Sequence record: OZ035789.1
DNA from: Tequatrovirus BCH953P4
Length of the DNA stretch: 64,000 nucleotides
Reading direction: 5' to 3' (one strand)
Below the pieces are notes generated by a model, which was given only the letters and a program-made list of their open reading frames with translations, was not told the origin of the DNA and did no database searches. Both the position numbers and the translations under genes were made by a program. Positions 1 to 13,332 of this stretch are shown here, piece by piece; within the stretch, counting starts at the first letter, position 1, and each line of letters begins with the position of its first letter.

Positions 1-2
1 CC

Positions 3-2340
<2,338 letters not shown>

Positions 2341-2371
2341 ATATATTAAAGCATATTAAAGAGGATTAAAA

Positions 2372-4351
2372 ATGACTTTATTATCTCCGGGCATTGAGCT
2401 CAAAGAAACTACGGTTCAAAGCACCGTGGTTAATAACTCTACTGGTACAGCAGCTTTGGCCGGTAAATTCCAGTGGGGTCCTGCTTTTCAGATTAAACAG
2501 GTTACAAATGAAGTAGATTTAGTTAATACTTTTGGTCAACCAACCGCTGAAACTGCTGACTATTTTATGTCTGCGATGAATTTCTTGCAGTACGGAAATG
2601 ACTTACGAGTAGTTCGTGCTGTTGATAGAGATACCGCTAAAAACTCATCACCAATCGCTGGTAATATTGAATACACAATTTCTACCCCAGGTAGTAACTA
2701 TGCGGTTGGAGATAAAATCACAGTCAAATATGTTTCAGATGATATTGAAACTGAAGGTAAAATTACTGAAGTAGACGCAGATGGAAAAATTAAGAAAATT
2801 AATATTCCTACTGCAAAAATTATCGCTAAAGCGAAAGAAGTCGGTGAATATCCAACACTAGGTTCTAACTGGACTGCGGAAATTTCTTCATCTTCCTCTG
2901 GTTTAGCTGCAGTAATAACTCTTGGAAAAATTATTACTGATTCTGGTATTTTATTAGCTGAAATTGAAAATGCTGAAGCTGCTATGACAGCGGTTGACTT
3001 TCAAGCAAATCTTAAAAAATACGGAATTCCAGGAGTAGTAGCGCTTTATCCAGGAGAATTAGGCGATAAAATTGAAATTGAAATCGTATCTAAAGCTGAC
3101 TATGCAAAAGGAGCTTCTGCATTACTCCCAATTTATCCAGGTGGTGGTACTCGTGCATCTACTGCCAAAGCAGTGTTTGGATATGGACCGCAAACTGATT
3201 CACAATACGCTATTATAGTTCGTCGCAATGATGCTATTGTTCAAAGCGTTGTTCTTTCAACTAAGCGTGGTGAAAAAGATATTTACGATAGTAACATCTA
3301 TATCGATGACTTTTTCGCAAAAGGTGGTTCAGAATATATTTTTGCAACTGCACAAAACTGGCCAGAAGGCTTCTCTGGAATTTTAACTCTGTCTGGTGGA
3401 TTATCATCAAATGCTGAAGTATCAGCAGGAGATTTGATGGAAGCTTGGGACTTCTTTGCTGACCGTGAATCCGTTGATGTTCAACTGTTTATTGCAGGTT
3501 CTTGTGCCGGTGAATCTTTAGAAACAGCATCTACTGTCCAAAAACACGTCGTTTCAATTGGGGATGCTCGCCAAGATTGCTTAGTATTGTGCTCTCCTCC
3601 ACGTGAAACTGTAGTTGGAATTCCTGTAACTCGTGCAGTAGATAACTTAGTCAATTGGAGAACCGCAGCAGGTTCATACACTGATAATAACTTTAATATC
3701 AGTTCAACCTACGCAGCAATTGATGGTAACTACAAGTATCAGTATGACAAATATAATGATGTGAATCGTTGGGTTCCATTAGCAGCTGATATTGCTGGTT
3801 TATGCGCAAGAACTGATAACGTTTCTCATACTTGGATGTCTCCAGCTGGTTATAATCGTGGCCAGATTCTTAACGTTATTAAACTTGCTATTGAAACTCG
3901 CCAAGCTCAGCGCGACCGTTTATATCAAGAAGCTATCAACCCGGTAACTGGTACAGGTGGTGATGGTTACGTATTGTATGGTGATAAAACAGCTACTTCT
4001 GTTCCTTCTCCGTTTGATCGTATTAACGTTCGTCGTCTGTTTAATATGTTGAAAACGAATATCGGACGTAGTTCAAAATATCGTTTGTTCGAATTAAACA
4101 ATGCGTTTACTCGTTCATCATTCCGCACAGAAACTGCCCAGTACTTACAGGGAATTAAAGCTCTCGGTGGAATTTATGAATATCGTGTAGTTTGCGATAC
4201 AACAAATAACACTCCGTCAGTAATTGATAGAAATGAGTTTGTTGCAACATTCTACATCCAACCTGCACGCAGTATAAATTATATCCAACTTAACTTCGTT
4301 GCGACTGCTACTGGTGCAGATTTCGATGAGTTAACTGGTCTTGCAGGTTAA
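2372..4351 (+). CDS. 18: Tail sheath protein gp18
   Basis: 659 aa, T4 gp18 length and position. Confidence 0.95.
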   Translation: MTLLSPGIELKETTVQSTVVNNSTGTAALAGKFQWGPAFQIKQVTNEVDLVNTFGQPTAETADYFMSAMNFLQYGNDLRVVRAVDRDTAKNSSPIAGNIEYTISTPGSNYAVGDKITVKYVSDDIETEGKITEVDADGKIKKINIPTAKIIAKAKEVGEYPTLGSNWTAEISSSSSGLAAVITLGKIITDSGILLAEIENAEAAMTAVDFQANLKKYGIPGVVALYPGELGDKIEIEIVSKADYAKGASALLPIYPGGGTRASTAKAVFGYGPQTDSQYAIIVRRNDAIVQSVVLSTKRGEKDIYDSNIYIDDFFAKGGSEYIFATAQNWPEGFSGILTLSGGLSSNAEVSAGDLMEAWDFFADRESVDVQLFIAGSCAGESLETASTVQKHVVSIGDARQDCLVLCSPPRETVVGIPVTRAVDNLVNWRTAAGSYTDNNFNISSTYAAIDGNYKYQYDKYNDVNRWVPLAADIAGLCARTDNVSHTWMSPAGYNRGQILNVIKLAIETRQAQRDRLYQEAINPVTGTGGDGYVLYGDKTATSVPSPFDRINVRRLFNMLKTNIGRSSKYRLFELNNAFTRSSFRTETAQYLQGIKALGGIYEYRVVCDTTNNTPSVIDRNEFVATFYIQPARSINYIQLNFVATATGADFDELTGLAG

Positions 4352-4367
4352 TACGGTGCATTCTAAA

Positions 4368-4385
4368 GGCCTGCTTCGGCAGGCC
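4368..4385 (+). other. Intercistronic RNA hairpin after gene 18
   Basis: GGCCTGC-TTCG-GCAGGCC, immediately followed by TATAAATA; no T-run. Confidence 0.5.
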
Positions 4386-4386
4386 A

Positions 4387-4394
4387 TATAAATA
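4387..4394 (+). promoter_or_regulatory. Late promoter TATAAATA (first of two before gene 19)
   Basis: exact motif. Confidence 0.55.
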
Positions 4395-4445
4395 CACTAT
4401 ATCCTTAATTCTTTAATTCTATATGCCCTAGGTTAAACATAGGGA

Positions 4446-4453
4446 TATAAATA
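4446..4453 (+). promoter_or_regulatory. Late promoter TATAAATA (second before gene 19)
   Basis: exact motif ~15 nt upstream of ATG. Confidence 0.6.
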
Positions 4454-4467
4454 CTACAGAGGCTAAT

Positions 4468-4959
4468 ATGTTTGTAGATGATGTAACACGAGCGTTTGAA
4501 TCTGGTGATTTTGCTCGACCTAACTTATTCCAAGTAGAAATTTCTTATCTTGGACAAAATTTTACGTTCCAATGTAAAGCTACTGCTTTACCAGCTGGTA
4601 TTGTAGAAAAAATTCCAGTCGGATTTATGAACCGTAAAATTAACGTAGCAGGCGATCGTACATTCGATGACTGGACTGTTACAGTAATGAACGATGAAGC
4701 TCATGATGCTCGTCAGAAGTTCGTTGATTGGCAAAGCATTGCTGCGGGGCAAGGAAACGAAATTACTGGTGGAAAACCTGCAGAGTATAAAAAGAGCGCT
4801 ATCGTTCGTCAATACGCTCGTGACGCTAAAACAGTAACAAAAGAAATTGAAATTAAAGGTCTGTGGCCTACTAACGTGGGTGAACTTCAATTAGATTGGG
4901 ATTCAAACAATGAAATCCAAACCTTTGAAGTAACTCTTGCTCTCGATTATTGGGAATAA
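4468..4959 (+). CDS. 19: Tail tube protein gp19
   Basis: 163 aa, synteny; preceded by two TATAAATA motifs. Confidence 0.95.
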   Translation: MFVDDVTRAFESGDFARPNLFQVEISYLGQNFTFQCKATALPAGIVEKIPVGFMNRKINVAGDRTFDDWTVTVMNDEAHDARQKFVDWQSIAAGQGNEITGGKPAEYKKSAIVRQYARDAKTVTKEIEIKGLWPTNVGELQLDWDSNNEIQTFEVTLALDYWE

Positions 4960-4991
4960 AATGAATGGGGAGAAATCCCCATCCTGCTTAA

Positions 4992-6616
<1,625 letters not shown>

Positions 6617-6617
<1 letters not shown>

Positions 6618-6865
6618 TGGAAGGTTTAATTGAAGCTATTAAATCAAACGACCTCGTAGCCGCTCGTAAATTATTTGCTGAAGCCATGGCTGCAAGAACG
6701 ATTGATTTAATTAAAGAAGAAAAAATCGCTATCGCTCGTAATTTCTTAATCGAAGGTGAAGAACCTGATGACGAGGATGATGACGAAGACGAAGATAGTG
6801 ATGATAAAGACGACAAAAAAGACAAAGATTCTGATGAAGATGACGAAGACGAGGATGATGAATAA
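6617..6865 (+). CDS. 67: Prohead core protein gp67
   Basis: 82 aa with extremely acidic D/E-rich C-terminus; position between 20 and 68. Confidence 0.85.
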
Positions 6866-7290
6866 TGCTTCTGATCCCTGAAACTCATGAATTAGTTCTC
6901 GAGAATGTCGAAGCACTTATTCCTGAAGCACAGGGTCGCTTTGACGAATTGTCTTCTGCTTTAAATAAAGACGATATAAATACAATTGTCGAGAATATGC
7001 TTGATGATGAAACTGATTTAGCGGTTGCATTAGCTTCTATTAATGAAAATATGCCGTTAAATGAATTCATCGTTAAACATGTTTCCGCCCGTGGTGAAAT
7101 TACTCGCACTAAAGATCGCAAAACCCGCGAACGAAATGCATTTCAAACCACTGGGCTGTCTAAAGCAAAACGTAGACAAATTGCTCGTAAAGCTACCAAA
7201 ACGAAGATTGCCAATCCAGCAGGTCAATCTCGTGCTCAGCGTAAGCGTAAAAAAGCTCTTAAACGCCGTAAAGCATTAGGATTAAGCTAA
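6865..7290 (+). CDS. 68: Prohead core protein gp68
   Basis: 141 aa, basic C-terminus, synteny. Confidence 0.85.
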
Positions 7291-7928
7291 TGAATGAACC
7301 CCAATTACTAATTGAAACTTGGGGTCAACCTGGCGAAATTATTGATGGCGTGCCAATGCTTGAATCTCATGATGGAAAAGACTTAGGTTTAAAACCGGGT
7401 TTATACATCGAAGGAATATTCATGCAAGCGGAAGTTGTCAATAGAAATAAACGTCTTTATCCAAAACGTATATTAGAAAAAGCGGTAAAAGACTATATTA
7501 ATGAGCAAGTTTTAACTAAACAAGCTCTCGGAGAATTAAATCATCCTCCACGCGCTAATGTTGACCCGATGCAAGCCGCTATCATTATAGAAGATATGTG
7601 GTGGAAAGGAAATGACGTATACGGACGAGCTCGTGTTATTGAAGGTGACCATGGTCCTGGAGATAAATTAGCAGCTAATATTCGTGCCGGATGGATTCCA
7701 GGAGTTTCTTCTCGTGGATTAGGTTCATTGACTGACACAAATAAAGGTTATCGTATCGTAAACGAAGGATTCAAATTAACTGTAGGTGTTGATGCAGTAT
7801 GGGGTCCAAGTGCTCCAGATGCATGGGTAACTCCTAAGGAAATTACCGAATCACAGACGGCGGAAGCCGATACAAGTGCCGATGACGCCTATATGGCTCT
7901 CGCAGAGGCCATGAAAAAAGCGTTATAA
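7290..7928 (+). CDS. 21: Prohead core scaffold protein and protease gp21
   Basis: 212 aa, synteny and length. Confidence 0.9.
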   Translation: MNEPQLLIETWGQPGEIIDGVPMLESHDGKDLGLKPGLYIEGIFMQAEVVNRNKRLYPKRILEKAVKDYINEQVLTKQALGELNHPPRANVDPMQAAIIIEDMWWKGNDVYGRARVIEGDHGPGDKLAANIRAGWIPGVSSRGLGSLTDTNKGYRIVNEGFKLTVGVDAVWGPSAPDAWVTPKEITESQTAEADTSADDAYMALAEAMKKAL

Positions 7929-7958
7929 ATATTATTATCTAAACAACAGGACTACAAA

Positions 7959-8768
7959 ATGCTTAAAGAACAACTGATTGCCGAAGCGCAGAAAATTGAT
8001 GCTTCCGTTGCTCTTGATAGTATTTTCGAATCAGTTAATATTTCTCCGGAAGCAAAAGAAACTTTCGGCACTGTATTCGAAGCTACCGTCAAGCAGCACG
8101 CCGTTAAATTAGCTGAATCTCATATCGCTAAAATTGCTGAAAAAGCAGAAGAAGAAGTAGAAAAAAACAAAGAAGAAGCCGAAGAAAAAGCTGAGAAGAA
8201 AATCGCTGAGCAAGCTTCTAAATTCATTGACCATCTTGCGAAAGAATGGCTCGCTGAAAATAAATTAGCAGTTGATAAAGGCATCAAAGCCGAACTGTTT
8301 GAATCCATGCTTGGTGGATTAAAAGAGCTCTTTGTTGAACACAACGTTGTTGTTCCAGAAGAATCAGTTGATATTGTAGCTGAAATGGAAGAAGAGCTGC
8401 AAGAACATAAAGAAGAATCAGCTCGTCTGTTCGAAGAACTCAATAAGCGCGACGCATATATCAATTATGTGCAGCGTGAAGTGGCATTGAGCGAAAGTAC
8501 TAAAGATCTGACTGAGTCTCAAAAAGAAAAAGTCTCTGCTCTGGTCGAAGGTATGGATTATTCAGATGCATTCTCAAGTAAATTGAGTGCAATCGTAGAA
8601 ATGGTGAAGAAGTCTAATAAAGATGAAAGCACTATTACTGAGGGTATAAATACTCCTGATACTGAAGCAGCCGGACTGAATTTCGTCACTGAAGCTGTAG
8701 AAGATAAAGCTGCACAGGGTGCAGAAGATATTGTAAGTGTATATGCGAAAGTCGCATCTCGTTTCTAA
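7959..8768 (+). CDS. 22: Major prohead scaffolding core protein gp22
   Basis: 269 aa, E/K-rich coiled-coil-like, synteny. Confidence 0.9.
   Translation: MLKEQLIAEAQKIDASVALDSIFESVNISPEAKETFGTVFEATVKQHAVKLAESHIAKIAEKAEEEVEKNKEEAEEKAEKKIAEQASKFIDHLAKEWLAENKLAVDKGIKAELFESMLGGLKELFVEHNVVVPEESVDIVAEMEEELQEHKEESARLFEELNKRDAYINYVQREVALSESTKDLTESQKEKVSALVEGMDYSDAFSSKLSAIVEMVKKSNKDESTITEGINTPDTEAAGLNFVTEAVEDKAAQGAEDIVSVYAKVASRF
8645..8652 (+). promoter_or_regulatory. Late promoter TATAAATA inside 3' end of gene 22 (candidate P23)
   Basis: exact motif ~135 nt upstream of gene 23 ATG. Confidence 0.45.
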
Positions 8769-8786
8769 TTTTAAAGGTTAACACAA

Positions 8787-10352
8787 ATGACTATCAAAAC
8801 TAAAGCTGAACTTTTGAACAAATGGAAGCCATTACTGGAAGGTGAAGGTTTACCGGAAATTGCTAATAGCAAACAAGCGATTATCGCTAAAATCTTTGAA
8901 AACCAGGAAAAAGATTTCCAGACAGCTCCGGAATATAAAGACGAAAAAATTGCTCAGGCATTCGGTTCTTTCTTAACAGAAGCTGAAATTGGTGGTGACC
9001 ACGGTTACAATGCTACCAACATCGCTGCAGGTCAGACTTCTGGCGCAGTAACCCAGATTGGCCCGGCTGTTATGGGTATGGTACGTCGTGCTATTCCTAA
9101 CCTGATTGCTTTCGATATTTGCGGTGTTCAGCCGATGAACAGCCCGACTGGTCAGGTATTCGCACTGCGCGCAGTATATGGTAAAGACCCAATCGCTTCC
9201 GGCGCTAAAGAAGCATTCCACCCAATGTATGGTCCAGATGCAATGTTCTCTGGTCAGGGTGCTGCTAAGAAATTCGCTGCTTTGAAAGCAAGTGATACTC
9301 TTGAAGTCGGAACTATTTACACTCACTTCTTCCAGGAAACTGGTACAGTATATCTGCAAGCTACAGAAGTTAAACAAATTGATTCAGGCGCATCTGACGC
9401 AGACAAATTAGATGCTGAAATTAAGAAACAAATGGAAGCAGGTGTACTGGTAGAAATCGCTGAAGGTATGGCTACTTCTATCGCTGAACTTCAGGAAGGT
9501 TTTAACGGTTCTACCGATAACCCATGGAATGAAATGGGCTTCCGTATCGATAAACAAGTTATCGAAGCTAAATCTCGTCAGCTGAAAGCTGCTTACTCTA
9601 TCGAATTAGCACAAGACCTCCGCGCTGTTCACGGTATGGATGCTGATGCTGAACTGTCTGGTATTCTGGCTACAGAAATCATGCTGGAAATCAACCGCGA
9701 AGTTGTTGATTGGATTAACTACTCCGCACAGGTTGGTAAATCTGGTATGACCCTGACTCCGGGTTCTAAAGCTGGTGTATTTGACTTCCAAGACCCAATC
9801 GATATTCGTGGTGCTCGCTGGGCAGGTGAATCCTTTAAAGCTCTGTTGTTCCAGATTGACAAAGAAGCAGTTGAAATTGCTCGTCAGACTGGTCGTGGTG
9901 AAGGTAACTTCATTATCGCTTCCCGTAACGTAGTTAACGTTCTGGCTTCAGTTGATACCGGCATTTCTTATGCTGCACAGGGTCTGGCTACCGGCTTTAA
10001 CACTGATACTACCAAGTCAGTATTTGCTGGTGTTCTGGGTGGTAAATACCGCGTATATATCGACCAGTATGCTAAGCAGGATTATTTCACTGTAGGTTAT
10101 AAAGGTCCGAACGAAATGGATGCTGGTATTTACTATGCTCCATATGTAGCTCTGACTCCGCTGCGTGGTTCCGATCCGAAGAACTTCCAACCGGTAATGG
10201 GATTCAAAACTCGTTACGGTATCGGTATCAACCCATTTGCAGAATCCGCTGCTCAGGCTCCGGCTTCTCGCATCCAGAGCGGTATGCCTTCTATTCTGAA
10301 CAGCCTTGGTAAAAACGCTTACTTTAGACGTGTATATGTTAAAGGTATCTAA
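8787..10352 (+). CDS. 23: Major capsid protein gp23
   Basis: 521 aa, strongly biased codon usage, followed by strong hairpin terminator. Confidence 0.97.
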   Translation: MTIKTKAELLNKWKPLLEGEGLPEIANSKQAIIAKIFENQEKDFQTAPEYKDEKIAQAFGSFLTEAEIGGDHGYNATNIAAGQTSGAVTQIGPAVMGMVRRAIPNLIAFDICGVQPMNSPTGQVFALRAVYGKDPIASGAKEAFHPMYGPDAMFSGQGAAKKFAALKASDTLEVGTIYTHFFQETGTVYLQATEVKQIDSGASDADKLDAEIKKQMEAGVLVEIAEGMATSIAELQEGFNGSTDNPWNEMGFRIDKQVIEAKSRQLKAAYSIELAQDLRAVHGMDADAELSGILATEIMLEINREVVDWINYSAQVGKSGMTLTPGSKAGVFDFQDPIDIRGARWAGESFKALLFQIDKEAVEIARQTGRGEGNFIIASRNVVNVLASVDTGISYAAQGLATGFNTDTTKSVFAGVLGGKYRVYIDQYAKQDYFTVGYKGPNEMDAGIYYAPYVALTPLRGSDPKNFQPVMGFKTRYGIGINPFAESAAQAPASRIQSGMPSILNSLGKNAYFRRVYVKGI

Positions 10353-10367
10353 TCTTTGACGATTTAA

Positions 10368-10383
10368 GGGACCTTCGGGTCCC
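10368..10383 (+). terminator. Gene 23 terminator hairpin
   Basis: GGGACC-TTCG-GGTCCC followed by TTTAGTTGTTTTT. Confidence 0.75.
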
Positions 10384-10400
10384 TTTAGTTGTTTTTATGG

Positions 10401-10408
10401 TATAAATA
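10401..10408 (+). promoter_or_regulatory. Late promoter TATAAATA for gene 24
   Basis: exact motif ~28 nt upstream of ATG. Confidence 0.65.
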
Positions 10409-10435
10409 AATCATATAAACCAAAAGGAAAGCGCA

Positions 10436-11719
10436 ATGGCTAAAATCAACGAACTTCTGCGCGAATCAACCACAACGAATAGCAACTCAATCGGTCGCCC
10501 AAATCTCGTTGCTTTGACTCGCGCTACCACTAAATTAATATATTCTGACATTGTAGCAACGCAGAGAACTAATCAACCTGTTGCTGCTTTTTATGGTATC
10601 AAATACCTTAACCCAGACAATGAATTTACATTTAAAACTGGTGCTACTTACGCTGGTGAAGCCGGATATGTAGACCGAGAACAAATCACAGAATTAACAG
10701 AAGAGTCTAAATTAACTCTCAATAAAGGCGATTTATTCAAATATAATAATATCGTTTATAAAGTATTAGAAGATACTCCATTTGCTGATATTGAAGAAAG
10801 CGACTTAGAGTTAGCTCTTCAGATTGCAATTGTTCTTTTAAAGGTTCGTCTATTTTCTGACGCAGCATCAACAAGCAAATTTGAAAGCTCTGATAGTGAA
10901 ATTGCGGATGCTAGATTCCAGATTAATAAATGGCAAACCGCAGTTAAATCTCGTAAACTTAAAACTGGTATCACAGTTGAATTAGCACAAGATTTAGAAG
11001 CAAATGGATTCGATGCTCCTAATTTCTTGGAAGATTTGCTTGCAACTGAAATGGCAGATGAAATCAATAAAGATATTCTGCAGTCTTTGATTACAGTGTC
11101 AAAACGCTATAAAGTTACAGGAATTACTGATAGTGGATTCATCGATTTGAGTTATGCATCTGCTCCTGAAGCAGGTCGTTCATTATACCGAATGGTATGT
11201 GAAATGGTTTCACATATCCAAAAAGAATCAACTTATACAGCAACGTTCTGTGTTGCTTCAGCTCGTGCTGCTGCGATTCTTGCTGCATCAGGTTGGTTAA
11301 AACATAAACCGGAAGATGATAAATATCTTTCACAAAATGCCTACGGGTTCTTAGCTAATGGTTTACCGCTTTATTGCGATACTAACAGCCCATTAGATTA
11401 TGTAATCGTTGGTGTAGTAGAAAATATCGGTGAAAAAGAAATTGTTGGATCAATTTTCTATGCTCCGTATACAGAAGGTCTCGACTTAGATGACCCTGAA
11501 CATGTAGGTGCATTTAAAGTTGTTGTTGATCCAGAAAGCTTACAACCGTCTATCGGTTTATTAGTTAGATATGCTTTATCAGCAAATCCTTATACCGTAG
11601 CAAAAGATGAAAAAGAAGCAAGAATAATTGACGGTGGAGACATGGATAAAATGGCGGGTCGTTCAGATTTGTCTGTTTTATTAGGTGTTAAATTACCAAA
11701 AATTATTATCGATGAATAA
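10436..11719 (+). CDS. 24: Capsid vertex protein gp24
   Basis: 427 aa; sequence recognised as T4 gp24; gp23 paralog. Confidence 0.95.
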   Translation: MAKINELLRESTTTNSNSIGRPNLVALTRATTKLIYSDIVATQRTNQPVAAFYGIKYLNPDNEFTFKTGATYAGEAGYVDREQITELTEESKLTLNKGDLFKYNNIVYKVLEDTPFADIEESDLELALQIAIVLLKVRLFSDAASTSKFESSDSEIADARFQINKWQTAVKSRKLKTGITVELAQDLEANGFDAPNFLEDLLATEMADEINKDILQSLITVSKRYKVTGITDSGFIDLSYASAPEAGRSLYRMVCEMVSHIQKESTYTATFCVASARAAAILAASGWLKHKPEDDKYLSQNAYGFLANGLPLYCDTNSPLDYVIVGVVENIGEKEIVGSIFYAPYTEGLDLDDPEHVGAFKVVVDPESLQPSIGLLVRYALSANPYTVAKDEKEARIIDGGDMDKMAGRSDLSVLLGVKLPKIIIDE

Positions 11720-11725
11720 AACAAA

Positions 11726-11741
11726 GGGACCGAAAGGTCCC
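11726..11741. terminator. Bidirectional terminator hairpin
   Basis: GGGACC-GAAA-GGTCCC flanked by A-run and T-run, between gene 24 (+) and rnlB (-). Confidence 0.75.
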
Positions 11742-11748
11742 TTTTTAT

Positions 11749-12753
11749 TTAGCTCACCAACTCAATCCAAGCTGGACGAAGTACATCTTGCACCATTTTA
11801 ACTAATTCCTTTTTAATCAAAGAAGGATTATCTGCTTGAGTTAGAGTAATACCTTCACGAGAAGTTTCTTCCAAAATATCTTGAACAGTTAGCCCCATCA
11901 CCTTTCCAAAATCCTTTGGACCAATTTCGCCAATTTTAGAAATAACGTTATTTACTCGGTTCAGTGTAACGTAACAAGCTAAAATCCCCACCAATTTGTT
12001 ATCAGCTTCTGACAGTTCAACTTTAGCTTTAATAGGCTTATCAGACTTTTTCTTTTCACTAAATTTGGAATTCTTGCATTTAATCGCTACACGATTGCGA
12101 TTAGGCAGCCAAGAAGGATAACAAGGTTTCAATACATATCCTTCAGCAGTAAATACTTCGCCTTTTGCTTCGGCATTCCAGACGCATTTATTTGCATCAA
12201 CTAATCCAGCATGGTCTACTGTAAAATTATAATCTTGGACGACAGAATCTAAATCATTTGGCAATTTAATAAGCTCTTCAAATTTACCGCGACCTAAAAG
12301 TGGAGCCATTTTAAATTTAAATGTATTACAGAATGATTCCATCATATAATCGTCGACATAAGTCACATCACCACTTTCTGTAGTGACAATAATGTCAAAT
12401 ACATAAAAATCTTTATCACCATAATCAACATTCTTCTGAATGCCAGGTCCAGCGAATTCGCCAAAGACTTGATAAGATACAACCGCTGAGGTTTCCATAA
12501 TATCTTGTACTGCTTTAATGGAATCAGTGTAATTCTTTAGAATAATTTCATACCCAAAGAAATCTTCAGCGGGAAGAATCGGTCCAGTACGTTTAGCGCA
12601 AGTTACTTTATCACGCTCAATAATCAATGAGAAATTTGTGCCGTGAATCTTTTCACGAGCTACCCATTCGCCGCCAGTCAATCCTAAGCTATAAAGTTTT
12701 TCAATAAATTTAGAGTTGTAATGATTTTCAAGACTGCTATACTTTTTAAACAT
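11749..12753 (-). CDS. rnlB: RNA ligase 2 (RnlB)
   Basis: 334 aa; nucleotidyltransferase motif I KIHGTN near N-terminus. Confidence 0.9.
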   Translation of the reverse strand: MFKKYSSLENHYNSKFIEKLYSLGLTGGEWVAREKIHGTNFSLIIERDKVTCAKRTGPILPAEDFFGYEIILKNYTDSIKAVQDIMETSAVVSYQVFGEFAGPGIQKNVDYGDKDFYVFDIIVTTESGDVTYVDDYMMESFCNTFKFKMAPLLGRGKFEELIKLPNDLDSVVQDYNFTVDHAGLVDANKCVWNAEAKGEVFTAEGYVLKPCYPSWLPNRNRVAIKCKNSKFSEKKKSDKPIKAKVELSEADNKLVGILACYVTLNRVNNVISKIGEIGPKDFGKVMGLTVQDILEETSREGITLTQADNPSLIKKELVKMVQDVLRPAWIELVS

Positions 12754-12762
12754 AATTAATCC

Positions 12763-13041
12763 TCAAAATGTAATTTCTAACCAATCACCATCACGCTGAT
12801 CACTATTGACTTTAAAGCTGAATCCTTCTTTTCTCAGCCAATCACCAATTTCTTCAGTAATCAATTTATCACGAGCAATACAATAATAATTAAAATGTGT
12901 TTTACCTTGTTCAGCTGCTTTATTAGCAAGTTCCGAAAAATCTTTAATAAAACACTCTAGCTTAAACTGTTTACTTTTTAATGCTTTTTCGCGCAATTGA
13001 TTAGCAAAAGATTCATTTTCATAAAGATCATACTGTTCCAT
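12763..13041 (-). CDS. Hypothetical protein (T4 24.2 position)
   Basis: 92 aa ORF tightly packed downstream of rnlB. Confidence 0.6.
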   Translation of the reverse strand: MEQYDLYENESFANQLREKALKSKQFKLECFIKDFSELANKAAEQGKTHFNYYCIARDKLITEEIGDWLRKEGFSFKVNSDQRDGDWLEITF

Positions 13042-13243
13042 TTTTCACCTTTTTATTGATATGTCTTTTTCTATAGACAACTTTTTCTCGAGTTTCAAAT
13101 TTATTCTTAGCAGTCATAGCTCGAGCCCATAATACAGCCACTTCTTTTGCCTGTAAGTTCAATTCACGAGCAATTTCAATGAATGACTTTCCAGACTCAT
13201 GAAGAGTAAACACCACAACCTCAGTTCTCATAATCAATCTCAT
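13028..13243 (-). CDS. Small putative helix-turn-helix protein (T4 24.3 position)
   Basis: 71 aa; segment GKSFIEIARELNLQAKEVAVLWARA resembles an HTH; start uncertain. Confidence 0.55.
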   Translation of the reverse strand: MRLIMRTEVVVFTLHESGKSFIEIARELNLQAKEVAVLWARAMTAKNKFETREKVVYRKRHINKKVKNGTV

Positions 13244-13310
13244 GTTATCGAGTTGGTGCCATTATATACATCATTTTCTGATTGTGTTTTGTGTGCTTTC
13301 AAAATGAAGA

Positions 13311-13328
13311 AAGGGGCCGAAGCCCCTT
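13311..13328 (-). terminator. Hairpin downstream of hoc
   Basis: AAGGGGC-CGAA-GCCCCTT; T-rich tract on minus strand. Confidence 0.6.
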
Positions 13329-13332
13329 ATGA

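Noticed and set aside
8120-8464. 114-aa minus-strand ORF inside gene 22
   Set aside because: Antisense to a well-supported scaffold gene; Ser-rich low complexity; no RBS.
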